Positions 12,830 through 25,324 of a stretch of 64,000 bases of DNA are shown one piece after another. Origin of the DNA: Bugula neritina (taxonomy: Eukaryota > Animalia > Bryozoa); contig OZ037772.1 in NCBI GenBank assembly GCA_964035545.1, positions 3,003,338 to 3,067,337 of the forward strand, written 5' to 3'. The stretch's first letter is position 1. Each line of letters begins with the position of its first letter. Below the pieces are notes generated by a model. The model worked only from the letters and a program-made list of their open reading frames with translations. It was not told the origin of the DNA and ran no database searches. The position numbers and the translations under genes were made by a program.

Positions 12830-12952
12830 GATCACAACTAAACTAATATGTGTCATCACAACTAAACTATTATGAGTCACCACAACTAGAATAGTATGAG
12901 TCATCACAACTAGAATAGTATGAGTCATCACAACTAGAATAGTATGAGTCAT
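12830..12952. repeat. 24-bp minisatellite TATGAGTCATCACAACTAGAATAG, about 5 copies
   Basis: Visible array adjacent to a minus-strand donor at about 12960. Confidence 0.88.
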
Positions 12953-12960
12953 AGACCTAC

Positions 12961-13108
12961 CTGCCTTTCTGCTTTTCACCAGCCGGGTGTCTCCCAGCAT
13001 AGAAGAAGTGGTTGATATTGTCAGGGTAGCTGCACGGTTTCTCTCTGCATTTCTTGTATGCTTCTTCATCAAACGTCTTACATGGACCAAACTCAAACAC
13101 TTGGCTTA
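12961..13108 (-). other. Isolated exon of an unidentified gene
   Basis: AG/GT-bounded; one frame reads SQVFEFGPCKTFDEEAYKKCREKPCSYPDNINHFFYAGRHPAGEKQKG; family not recognised. Confidence 0.4.
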
Positions 13109-13525
13109 CTGTAACACAATATACTAGAACATGCTAGAATATATTATACTAGGGTATGCTATACTATACTAAGAACACACTAGAATATACTAAGTAACTG
13201 TAAACATTTGGTTTACTGTAACATAATTTAAAAATATATTAGTTGCTGACAGACAGATAGACAGACAGACAGACATTGCATAGTTTGTTAAGTGTTAAGT
13301 GTTAAGCTTCATGCTACTTTACCTGAGCATTCTATGCTATTGAATGTTTATTTTCTGCAATATTTCTAGCTGTTATAGCTTTGAGTTTAACATTTCTATG
13401 GTGTTTGTGATACAAATTTCATTTGTCAATAAAGGTGTGCATTCTTTGGCTGAAATGTGGTTTACTTAGCTAGACTGATGCTAGTGACTTCCAATATTAC
13501 TATATTTATGATGCTGCTATTCTAG

Positions 13526-15626
13526 TAAACTGAATGGTGAAGACGTGACTAGGGAAAGAGACAGCACGTCACAAGACCGCTGTATACAGGAGTCCTTGCC
13601 GAAGTGACTCCCCTCTCAACTACCGCATAGCATATAAACCCACAAATTAATCTACACCACCATCTTCTGTCCTACAATCTCAGTTTAACCAACCAATGGT
13701 AAGTCATAACCAACTTCTGTCAGTCACTCATTCAACATGGTGCATTCTGATTGCATCAATTATACATCTGTTGAGTACTACTGCATGCTGTAGAACGGTC
13801 CCAACCTGCAAGGAGCGGATGGTGGCGAGGAGTTTCTGATTGACGATTCAGATGAAGATATGTCCCTGGACCCCCCTGACTCCCTCTGGAGAATACTCAA
13901 AGAGCTGTCCAATCATGACGAGAGGTTAGTCTTTCATCAAATAGTTGCTTTCGCCTATCGCTTTTTAAATAAATAAATGCTGCTGACATAATGAAAAGTT
14001 TTAAAATAGTGCAGGCTGACTTATCTAAATGTATACTGTTATATGGTCAGTGTCAAATGTGTATGTATAGACATAAAGAAAGAATACAAGCAATGGAAGA
14101 CCTGATTTGTATGGCTAGAAAAGGTGGTAATGATGCCAGATGGGATGAACATTTTGAGACATTACTCTTACTGTTGATTGAGACTCTACGAGACAGAGAT
14201 GTAAAACAAGTTTATTAAATTAATGAAGTTTTCTCCCGTCATGTTATAAATAGCAATCAGTTAGTTGTTGTTCTGCTGTTACAACTTAGTTAAGCTGATA
14301 CATGTTGTATTTAGGAATTGATAAGAACCAGTGCCTTGAAAGCTGATCAAGTGAGAAAAACACTGATTTGATAGCTATGCTAAACTCACCATATAAAATA
14401 TCATACAAGCTCATAAGGATGCCTGCAAGTGGGTGAGAACTTTGTCCTCCAGTAATCCTGCTCATTGAAATAAACGTTACAGTACTGGTGATTCATATTA
14501 AAATATATTTCTTGTTTTAAGCTTTTAGTACTGTTGCTTGTGATGGTGGGAGAACTGTGTTGACTATAAACCTTTAGGTGTACCGAGCAGCTGAGGAGTG
14601 TGCTATAACACTGGCCATGTCACTGAAGCCCGAGCACTCTGTCGTAGTACTGGCTAAACTAACAGACAGTATTGAGTACCCACTATCTGTAGTCGCTATA
14701 AAGACACTCACACATGTTATTGAACAAATGAGTGAAGAATCCTTAATCAAAGTTATTCAACAGGTGATACTAAGTCTTAATAAAGTATTACGCTATGGCT
14801 CTGGTAAGGTTTACTGACTAACATTAGGTCATCTGTTGAGATGTGTCACTAGTTTCCAGGATTTTATTTCTACTCTGTGTAAAAGATGTTGTAAGTTGAT
14901 CTTACTAGTGTACACTGTAGTTGTGATCAACTTCTATGGCTTTTACAGGGCTATAAACATGAAAAGTGCAGGTGCAGGAAAGCTAGTTGCTTTGCTTTGC
15001 TTTGGTTGCTCTTTACATGAAAATAGGAGATAATCTCAAGCCATATTTGTCTGTACTAACAAGCAGCAAGGTAGGCCATCAGTTCTTCACAAAAAACATG
15101 TCTGAAACTAAACTATAAAAATCTGCTGAGAATAAGTGTTTGTTCCTTTCACTCTAGTAAACAGTAAATTTCACGGATGTATATTTTATCCAAACTCGTA
15201 TGTTTTGAACTGCCCCTAGCACATTTATAACCAAAGAGTTTTGGTAACAACATTTTTATTTTAGTCATTTTTATATGATAGTTTTCATACTTATAGCTCA
15301 ATAATTGAATTTACTACTTGTCTAAATAATACATCAGAAAAATGCAAAATAAATGTTATTTTCAATATTAAATGTAGATTTCACCTCCCACGTTTAACAT
15401 CACACATTTATAAAGTTGGCTATTAAATGACCAAGTCTTTGGTATGAATAAACTGGACAGTATTTGGCTAATGACTATACACTGTACCATCATTATTGAC
15501 TCTGTGGTTGGCACCACACTTCCCAGACTATTCTATCTTTTGTAGCTGAAACTTCTCAATCTATATATTAAGAGAGCAGAAGAAAAGCCTGCAGAGCTTC
15601 ACCACGACACTATCACAAAGAAATAA
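13526..15626 (+). pseudogene. CLASP: CLASP (CLIP-associating protein) C-terminal exons, 5'-truncated duplicate
   Basis: Exons 13526-13698, 13794-13924 (ILKELSNHDER), 14071-14200 (WDEHFETLLLLLIETLRDRD), 14315-14432 (stops/frameshift; AHKDACKW), 14578-14784 (VYRAAEECAITLA...EYPLSVVAIKTLT), 14949-15070 (frameshift; DNLKPYLSVLTSSK), 15546-15626 (LKLLNLYIKRAEEK...). Collinear with the CLASP1/2 CLIP-interaction domain. Confidence 0.9.
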
Positions 15627-16383
15627 GTTACTCAGGAATTACTTCCCTATATTCACAAGAATCAGATGTCAAGAGCCAGCTATGCCTCAGTTGACAACAA
15701 GGTAGGAGACGCTAAGGGTGTCATGAAAAATATGAAGAAACGTACCCTCAACATGTAGACATTGCATCACCAGTCTGAGCTAATGTCAAGGTTAAACTCT
15801 GTTTCCTGTTGATGGAATTCCTTCTTGAATATCAGCTGTACCTTTACCTTGCACCTTGTGAAGATTTTAATTATATTCTCCTTGTATGATTAGAAAAATA
15901 GTTTAGATACAAATGTCACAATTTACTCTTTATTGTTTATGTGCTTTTGAAAATCCTGTTTGGTAATTTTTTATGTTGCTATGATCAATTGTTCAATAAT
16001 AATAGATAATGATTACTTCTTCTGAAATTTCTTTGGGATGTTGCATGTTGCCTATTTTAAAGAAGAAAGTAAAGCATTGTTTATAAATAAACAAAGGAAA
16101 CAGCTCTGGTCTAGGGTAAACACAATGTCAATGATTTGAATCTCTGGTAAACAATAAGACATTTTCATAATGACCAGAGAAAGCTCTATTTAGCTGTTAT
16201 ATCACTAAACAATAGTTCTATATACTTCAAGTGATCAATTTCATGATCAAAGTTTAGCATCCAAAAAAAAGCTATTGATAAGTAGTCTATGAGAACGCAA
16301 GGAAATAGATTTGATATGAAGAACACAATCAAAGTGGAAAAACAAAACAAAACGATAATTAGTAGGGAAATAGCAAACAGCCA
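14835..16383 (+). repeat. Segmental duplication copy A (about 1.55 kb), direct repeat of 40699-42264
   Basis: Near-identical intron, exon and UTR sequence starting GTTGAGATGTGTCACTAGTTTCCAGG and ending AACAGCCA. Confidence 0.95.
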
Positions 16384-16711
16384 TTTTGATTGGAGAGAAG
16401 GCTGAGAAAACTGCATAACTCTGCTTATAGTTGTCTCCCTAATGTTGAACTGGGGGGAGGGGGGTGTGGGTGTGGCATGTATACTACCTAGCAGCAGTAA
16501 AACTATAATATAAACAAGAAACATTCTCTGTTATAATTATGCCCATCATTGACATCTTCGGTGCATCTATTGATCCTATTATCAAGTATCAGCGGTTCAA
16601 TTAGTTTTTTCAACTCTTTATAAAAATTTTAGCTCAGCTAACAGACTGGTTTTAGAAATTACACTTTGAAACATTTTTTGTTGTTGTTATTTTGTTCTAA
16701 GCATTGTCCTA

Positions 16712-16719
16712 CATGTATG

Positions 16720-16764
<45 letters not shown>

Positions 16765-16795
16765 GTATATATATATGTGTATATATATATATATA
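16712..16795. repeat. (TA)n microsatellite
   Basis: Visible. Confidence 0.95.
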
Positions 16796-18339
16796 CTGTA
16801 GAATGATTTTTTGGACCTTTCAATCAGCATATGAAAAACTGTAGTCAAAAAACAAGTGATCAAAAGATTTATTTTATATAAATAAAAAGTGACAAAAATT
16901 TTTAACAATTATTGCAAAATAATACTTGCATAGACTTGCGTGCCATATTAATTACAAGTGTAGGCTAAATAACAAAAGAATGTGATATATACCATAACAG
17001 TTTATAAAGTAGAATTTGTGAAAACAATTTATAGAACAGAATCAGTATATATTTTCCTAGAATGTTGTTTAGAGACATAAAAAAACTGCCTATGCACAAC
17101 ATACTTTGCATCTGTTTAGTATCTCGTAATTAGACATAAAAAAATCAAAGCCAATTATAAGGCAAAAGACCATAATACTGTACTATAATTGGATAGTTTT
17201 TCATCAATAAACAGGTAGTTGCCAGTGGTGGATATGAACCCCTCCATGATGTTTTTCGTACTTCTTCCTCAAAAAACATTTTCATTAAGCCAAAAAGAAA
17301 TAACAATACACTTTTTTAGTTGACACTTTTTAATTTCTGACTGATATTTCACCTTATTTCCAATTATAATTAACTTTTAACCGGCACTTTTCTTTGTAGT
17401 AATTCCTACCCTTTAGACTGTGTACTTTGAAATGAGTCTGTTTTACTCGTTACATAAAGTATAGTTGCACTGGCTACAGGTTGACACAAAAGCAAGCCTA
17501 TCTTGATAAAATCATGCGCAAATGTAGAAACTACCGAGGAGTTTGTTCCTCATAATTAGAAATTGACAAATTATTTTTAATCCGTTTAAAAGCATCTGGT
17601 TAGGGAAGCACATGCCTCGTTCAATTTGTTATTCTAGCATTATAAATAACAGAATGCAATAATTATAAGTTTATGAAAGTATAATTTGTTTTCTTTCTAA
17701 TTACAAATATAATATTTTAGTATATATTGTAAATTTATAAGGCTTGCATTAGGAATAACGCAGCTAAAACATCATTTTCCTTAAAGTCTTAAAAATATAT
17801 AAGTATAAAATAATACACTATGCCAATAAACTTATTAAAGTACCAAGCAAGCTTAGCTAGTTTAAGAAAAATTACACTAGGTAAATTACCATTATTTATA
17901 GAATGCTTGCTGATATTAGCTTTTGATGTAATTAAAGTAAATTATTATTTATCTTTCTAGCTAAGGATTTCTTGCAGTAAGTTTTGCTTTTATGCATGGA
18001 GAAATGTCGTAACAAACGAGTTAAATTTTTATAGCACATAAAAATGTAATCTATAAGTCGAAGATATTTAAACTTAGCCATTAACTCATTTTAATTATAA
18101 ATGTCTTGCAATGTAGCCTAAATCTAATACAATACAAAATATATACCAGTATATATAATATATTTTTACCATGCTGTTAATTACAGTATTTGTAAAACAA
18201 ATTTTATGCTCATTAATTAAATGCAACAAATATTTATAAAATACCAATATTGTTGAATAAATAAATTCAATAATTCCTTTTCTATTTAGATAGCTGCATA
18301 ATTTCTTGCAAGGTTGTATAAAGGAGTTGTAGCCCACAA

Positions 18340-21300
18340 CTTATTATGTGTTCAATTGCCACATATGTCTTAGGAAGAAGAAAACTCCACAAAAATTCTT
18401 AGTTTGAAAATTCTAGTATAATTAGAATCACTTAATATATGTCTTTGAAATGCATTTTGCCACTCTGCAAAGTTGCAGGAACAAATATTGCATGAAGTAA
18501 TAAATGATTTATGAAGTAATTAACGAATCAATGTAAAAACTGTTGTTGTATATAGAACACAACATATTGATTTTCTTCAATCTCCACATCAAATCTATAT
18601 ATTCAATTATATCTAACCAATGCTAATAAACTAAACATGCATGCATACAAATATTTGCATCATGTGCAAGTAATTTTAGCTAATTAGCAACTATAGCATT
18701 TTTTTCATTATCTTTATTGCTTGCATATGTCTAAGTATTATTAAAATAAGGTTTTTATTTGCAACTTTGCACCACAAATTGCATAAAATCTAAAAACTTG
18801 AGTTGTGACATAGGGCTACCTATACACAAATAGACCTTCATAAAACTCTCAATGATTTTATTCAACTCATGTATGCAAAAGTTTTGCTTTAACACAATTC
18901 TTCTAAATCATCCTAGAGCAGGAAATTATTACAAAAACAGCTTCTCATATATAATCTTTCGCCAGATTAATTTTTTTTCCTGTATTTAAACTAACTTAGC
19001 AAGTGGAGATTGTGATATCACTCAGGTAATCACATATATATTATTCATAGCTGTAATACTTTAGCAATGAATAGATCATGTTTAATTTCCACTCTACCTA
19101 GCAGTTTTTCAGAATTATAGAGCTATGTATATCGTGAAACTGGAATAGCCTAATAGTTTTACATGTGTTTATAGCTAGACAAATTAATTTAAAAAGCTTA
19201 CAATAATTAGATGATATTTGCATTCTTTTGAAGGTTATGGTGAAGCTACTGCAAAACTGGCCATTAGTTTAGCATAATACGCAATGCCACGCAAAAGCAT
19301 GCCAAACAAGCAATGTTTATTTACCTTACCAGTGCAATTTTATCACCTTAAACACAAAAGCAAGTATAAAATACACATCCATATTAGATTAACTGTCAAG
19401 TTAAAAAAAGACAACATATATTCATGAGCTGGTTCTGTTTGCACAAGTACAATTTAGACCAGCTTATTATTTAGATTGCCACAAAAACATGACATAAAAT
19501 ATGTCTTTAATCATTATTTTGATATTCACTGGTTGAAGATATTTTTTATATCCAAATATGTAAATATTGTACATAAATCTTAAAAATTAATTAGGTGAAT
19601 AAGGAAAACTGCTAATTTTATGAAACTGTTATGTTAATAAAGACAATGGCTATCAACAAATCCCACCAGACCACAAACTAATTGTAAATACTAAAGCAAT
19701 TATATAGTGCTATGTGTTGATCTAGCCTAGTCAATACACCACAAAGATGTATTATGACATACCACATTTTATGTACTGGGTTACCACTTATTCTAATGGG
19801 TATTTGTTTAAACTGTTATATACAGCTTTTTGCACTACCAATATACAAGTCAGTTGTTATTCTTTCACTTTTTATCTACATCTCTTTTTAATGCCAGTTA
19901 CTTGTTAGCTTTAGTACAAACAGCTAAACATTCTACTCTACAGCCAATCTTACTGTTAACTCTTGTTTAACACTATTACAAGAATCTAAAAATTTGAGTG
20001 TGTTTTAAGTGTAATATTCTATCATTATAACTTTTAAATGAAACAATAATATGATAAATGCATTATAACTTTCTGAAAAGTTTGTTTGCAAAGTAAATGT
20101 TTTTGGAAAATAGTTTTACAACATTTGCTAGGAGCATTATATTTATTCCTATCTAAAATAATTTTGTTTGAACTGATATGTTTGTAATCATGTAATCAGA
20201 AGTAAAGCATCAGTAAAATGAGTATAAGTAGAAGCTTGACAGCTACATTAGGCATTGCTACATAGTACATAAATATATGGCCGTATTAACTACTTAGCTG
20301 CATTCACAGATAAATGCATGGCTTGCAATTACAATACCATGAATACATTATTTATTTAGCTGTGTAACTATACAATTATGCCAAAGTGAAAAGCCTTTGG
20401 TTATTAATGCCTGAAATGTCTAACAATCTACTTGGGAGACCACCTTGTTGTTACAGAGTGAATGAGTTATTTGTTTGGCATTTGGATGATGGCACAAAGA
20501 AAGGCTATTTGGTTTGTTACTTGAGACTAGTAGCAAACTGCTTCAGTCATAGCATCTTAGAAGATTTTGCATCACTTGCTAGAATTGTACATTATTTTAA
20601 TGTAGCTATTGAAATTAATATCTCACTGAAAACACAGTATTGCAAAAACTTAAGCTGTACATAATTATATTATGCATCAAAAAGTACTTCTGCTATTCGA
20701 CTATCCCAGGTTTATTTTTAACTAGCACTTCCAAAGTGCCTTGACTCTATTACAGTGTTTTCTTGCTAATTTTGTTCTTCTCAATAGTGAAATAGATCTA
20801 TTGCAAGAAATTAATGACTAGATATAACAATAATGATTTTTAGGCAAGACTGCCTGCATTACATATGTGGCAACCCCTAAATCACTTTCGCATCTATATT
20901 GCTCATCTGCTAGCTTGAAATACCCCTCTCCTTGGACTAATCTCAGGCTTTTCATTGTTGTTTAAACAGTTTTTAAACTCCTATTTCAATAAATCATTAC
21001 CAACACTGCCTGCATGTATTAATATTCATTAGTGCCATCAATGCACTGTGGAGACAGCACCTGATGTTCTGTATATTACATTATAGTACAGAGATATTAA
21101 ATCCAAAACATCTAAAATAATTGATGATTCTACCAGATTTTTAGCACACCTATAAAATGTATTCCTGTAGTAAATATTAATAAGATGTTTTAACTGATAG
21201 TTTTTATGCCATTATAATAGTTTGATACTATAACTACAACTTGAAACTCTTTAACCAGCACATTGGTTAGTAATATTGCTTCTTGATATTTAATTGCTGG

Positions 21301-21470
21301 TTCACAAACTATCAATAATAGGGATGCATATCAAAACTTGACTGCATTCATAATATTATTTTAATGCTAGGTAATGACTAAGCATGTCTGGCTGATATGA
21401 GGTGACTATTTTGTACACTGTTTAACAACATCAGCTTTTTGGGTTCATTTAAAGCATCTGCAAATCTGTA
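18340..21470 (+). mobile_element. Possible highly degenerate Helitron Rep/Hel remnant
   Basis: Scattered, broken motifs in the expected order: CHICLRKKKTP (about 18357), PHF.YW resembling the HUH motif G.PH.H.L.W (about 19760), EMSNNLLG (about 20412), LYYSVFLL..FVLLNSEIDLL resembling YYSLLLLFVPFR.E..LL (about 20745). No intact ORF or termini seen. Confidence 0.33.
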
Positions 21471-21639
21471 TTATACATAATTACTGTTAGGGCCAATTAA
21501 TTAAATTGTTAACCCTGAAATGCTTTTTACATTGTAATACTAAGTAGTAAAAGACATGTATATATATATATATAAACTGATTGTAATTTATACATAACAT
21601 TGTACATTTAAAAAAAAATCACAAAATACATAACTTATT

Positions 21640-24415
21640 AGCTAAATTTCAAGGCGTTTTGTAGGTAGTGGGTTAATGTCAATAAAGTAGAATCCGGGAA
21701 GTTGAGTAGCTTTATTCAAGAGGAAGGCTCTCCAACAGTTCTACCAAAGCCTAAATAACATGTATAAAATAAAGGTTATATGTACAAATTTTTTTCCAAA
21801 ACAGCCTGCAACTGTTTTGCTATTGCATATGCCCTATGCCATTCATCAAGTGGAACAATTTTAACCAGGATATCTAGAAAAGTTGACACAAGGGCTTTAT
21901 AAACTATGTAACAGTAAAACTGTGAGTAGAAATTAATTGACACTAATGAATAATGAGAATAACTTTTTTACTCACTCAGATAGAATTTAAAGGCAAAAGA
22001 TACATGTGCAGCATATATGCAAGTCTCATAAAATGACAACATTACTAACCTAGTCTTTAGACCTGTTATGAAACTGAGTACACAGTTGATGACTCTTGAC
22101 TGCTCTGCTGCCCTCTGCTAAATCTAAAAATAAAAATAATAATTCAGCAACAAAATTGCAATGGAATGCTGGAGGATTTGGTTTTGAAGTCAGCCCAAAT
22201 AATGCCTAAATGCACATTACCTAGTACAATGCTTACCAAGAAGCAAGAATAATATATCTAAGGCTTGTGATGTTACCTAAATAACAAAATATGAAATTCT
22301 TTGTGTTAACCATGTTTGGTGGTCAAAATAATTATTATTGTAGATTTAAAAATTTCTCCATGCAGTCAAGTACTTTACCTCAATAAAAAGATTGATCATA
22401 AGCAAATATTTTTCATGACTTACTTAGGAATGGATATTAGATTTTTGTTATTGTGACTAACAAACTTTTCGAAACTTACTTTTGCATGTTTTAGCAATGA
22501 AAATAACATAGTTACAATCAATATTTAGATTACCAAAATAAAACTTCACCAACTTAAATAAATTTAAAGGAGCTTTCTATTATTAATCATGTGCATTACC
22601 TGCTTGATCACCTTTAATAAAGTTCATCAGTTTCTTCTTCTAAATATTCTCTATTAAACCAACTTCATGCTTTAGGTGCTGGCAACAACCTTAAAAGAAA
22701 AGTTATATAACAAACAAATAGAAAAAGCACAAAACAAATCAACAGCATTATATACAATTGGGGCACATACATGAAAACAGCAGCTAGTGTCATTTTCTTA
22801 AGACAGCACTATTTTAGGTGTAAAGTTAAGAAGTATTAGAAAATGCAGAAATTTACTGCAATTGGTTCATTTTACTTAAGTTAGTACATACTGAAGATCT
22901 CAAGTTTTTGCTAATGAACATGAGTTTTGGCCCGAAACAAAAAAAATATCAATAAATACACCTAAATAATCAAGGCTCTTTTTAATTTTCTTTGATTTCT
23001 TATGCTTTTTTCTAATTACAGCAACTTCTGACTGCGGATCGCCACGGTTAGTTTGTAACAGTAGGCAATCCAAATGAAATGAATAAATAGGAAAAAACAT
23101 GAGAAATCATGCAAAATTAAGAAGAACCTTGATTATTTAGGTGTATTTTTTGATGTCTCACTAATTTTAAGCAAAAAGCATTGTTCATTAGCAGCTAAAC
23201 TGTAAAAATGGCTAAAAACTGCAGATTTCCAGTGTGTACTAAATCAAATAAAAGGACCCAATCACCTCTGCAACATAATTCAATAATTGCATGGTCAAGC
23301 AGAATAAACTACAATTAACAGCAACAACAGTGTAATAGTTGCGTAGAAAAGTTGTACTGCAAAAAACTAAAAGAATGCAAAATCTATAAATGTGTGCTAC
23401 CAAGTAAATGCTGAACAGACATCATGAAATAGTGTACGGAATACAAACTATTAAACTTACCTGTTGATCTAATGCAGCCAAAACCTTAAGCTTAGAGTAG
23501 TGGAATGGTGCTGTTCGATGTTGATATGCTACAAGTAGCTAAGATGACTCAAATTCTTGCCTTTAGGAGTAAGAGGCCTCAGCTCAGTTTCAACAAAACT
23601 TACAATAATCTCAACGGATGCGCTCAATTAGGAGCCACAACAAAGCACACCCATGTCATTTTAGTAAACTCTAAAAAATGAACGGAAATAAAACTGTTAG
23701 AGAGTAAACAGAGAAACATAATATAGTGATGGGGGAAAAACCTGTCAGAAAAGGTTATATACACTCATAGTCATAACACGAAGAAAAAGATAATGAATAA
23801 CAAGCTATTCAAGATGACACAAGAAACCAAACAAATTTCTTTGACTAAAAAATATAATTAAATACTATATTACTTGGCAAAAAATATTTGTTTTGAAAGT
23901 ATTATTGGGAAGAATTGCCAGTGTCTTAAATTTTGAGATTAAAGTTTCTGCCTTATAGCGGAAATAGAGAGGCAATCAATAGTGTACAAAACATGTTTTC
24001 AGTCATTGGCTGTTGACTAAATTGACAAAGTTAAAGAAAGCTTCCATATCATTATTTATTTTGTTCTCAAGTGTGTGGTTACAGTTTCATGAGTCAGAAA
24101 TATAATTATTTGAGATATGAAATCAAATGTAGTCAAAAGAGTGTCATACAATTTAAAATGTAGTAATAGAGCTTTGACAATAATTTCTTCTGCTAAGTAA
24201 AACAGGTACCATTATGTGCTACTTATCTTTTAGAGATGAACATCAAGGATGTTGAAAACAAAATAGTTGTAAATTACAGCAAATACCTTACTACTTACCT
24301 AACCAGAGAAAATAAGTTTTCAACCTTGCATGCACTCAGCTGGTTTTCAATGTTTGGATCAGTGACATCTTTATAACTGATAGCAGCATTATGTGATAGC
24401 TTTAGGAATTGTTAC
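21640..24415 (-). other. Chain of minus-strand exon-like segments without a consistent ORF (decayed gene or lncRNA)
   Basis: AG..GT-bounded segments at about 23671-23461, 22690-22600, 22124-22050 and an acceptor near 21751; stops in the frames tried. Confidence 0.3.
22860..23262. mobile_element. Degenerate MITE with long (about 130-150 bp) imperfect terminal inverted repeats
   Basis: AATACACCTAAATAATCAAGG (about 22955) vs CCTTGATTATTTAGGTGTATT (about 23127); TGCTAATGAACA vs TGTTCATTAGCA; TTAGTACATACTG vs CAGTGTGTACTAA. Confidence 0.72.
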
Positions 24416-25324
24416 CTTAAATCTAAATTATATAGAACAAGAAGTGCAAAAATATGGCATTAGTACTCATTGCACAATACACACTTGCTAGAGTAGCTAA
24501 TCTAGCATCACATTAATTTAAGAAAGACAAAATTTTATTACTGTTCACAAATGATGAATATTAAAATTTGAATAATTAGACAAATTAACAATGATATTGA
24601 TGTTAGTTCAAACATTACTAATGGTAAACACCAAAATACTAATAGGAATAGTCATGTTAACATCAATTAGAAAAGTCAAGATAATTTGAAAATGAGACAG
24701 TTTATAGGTCTAACTCTTATAGTTGACAAGCAGTTACAGGGCAGTCATATTGATGTAGGCTACCCTCAAAATGTAGCACTTTAAAAATAATAAAAAGACA
24801 GCACATATAAGAACATAATCTTAAAAATAGGCATATGTTACACCTATATTTTGATTACCAAAGAAATCTTCTTTACTTTATTAATCTAGCTCATATAATG
24901 GTATTCTGTCTTAGTATGTTATTTTAATACTTGAAATCTAATCAGCTACAGAAAAGTACTTCAATTCAAAGGCCTTCATAATTATTCTTTAGTTTGCTAT
25001 TTAAATAGACAGTAAGGTTGATGAATAAAATAAAAGTTAGTAAAGTAAAAACTAAATAAATTGAGAATAATATCTCCACTCTAAGGTTATAATCATTATA
25101 AATTAACATTTTAATACTCCTGTTATCCTTAGGTATAGTTGTTAGCAATTTAACTATGAGCTCGAAGCCAAATGTCAGTATCAGCATCCCCATTACATTG
25201 ACTAAGACTGACTTTATAACCCTCAAGCTGTGGCACTCAATTTCTATAAGTAGTAACTAATAACAAATATAAAATTATTTATTTGCTACTGATAGTGATA
25301 ATAATAATAATTAAAAATAATAAT

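Noticed and set aside
3584-15626. Stop-codon readthrough or an alternative genetic code explaining in-frame TGA/TAA
   Set aside because: Stops co-occur with frameshifts and missense changes at invariant residues, which fits ordinary pseudogene decay.
21640-24415. snoRNA host gene
   Set aside because: No convincing C/D box pair with terminal stem, or H/ACA hairpins, found in the putative introns; one intron is explained by a MITE.
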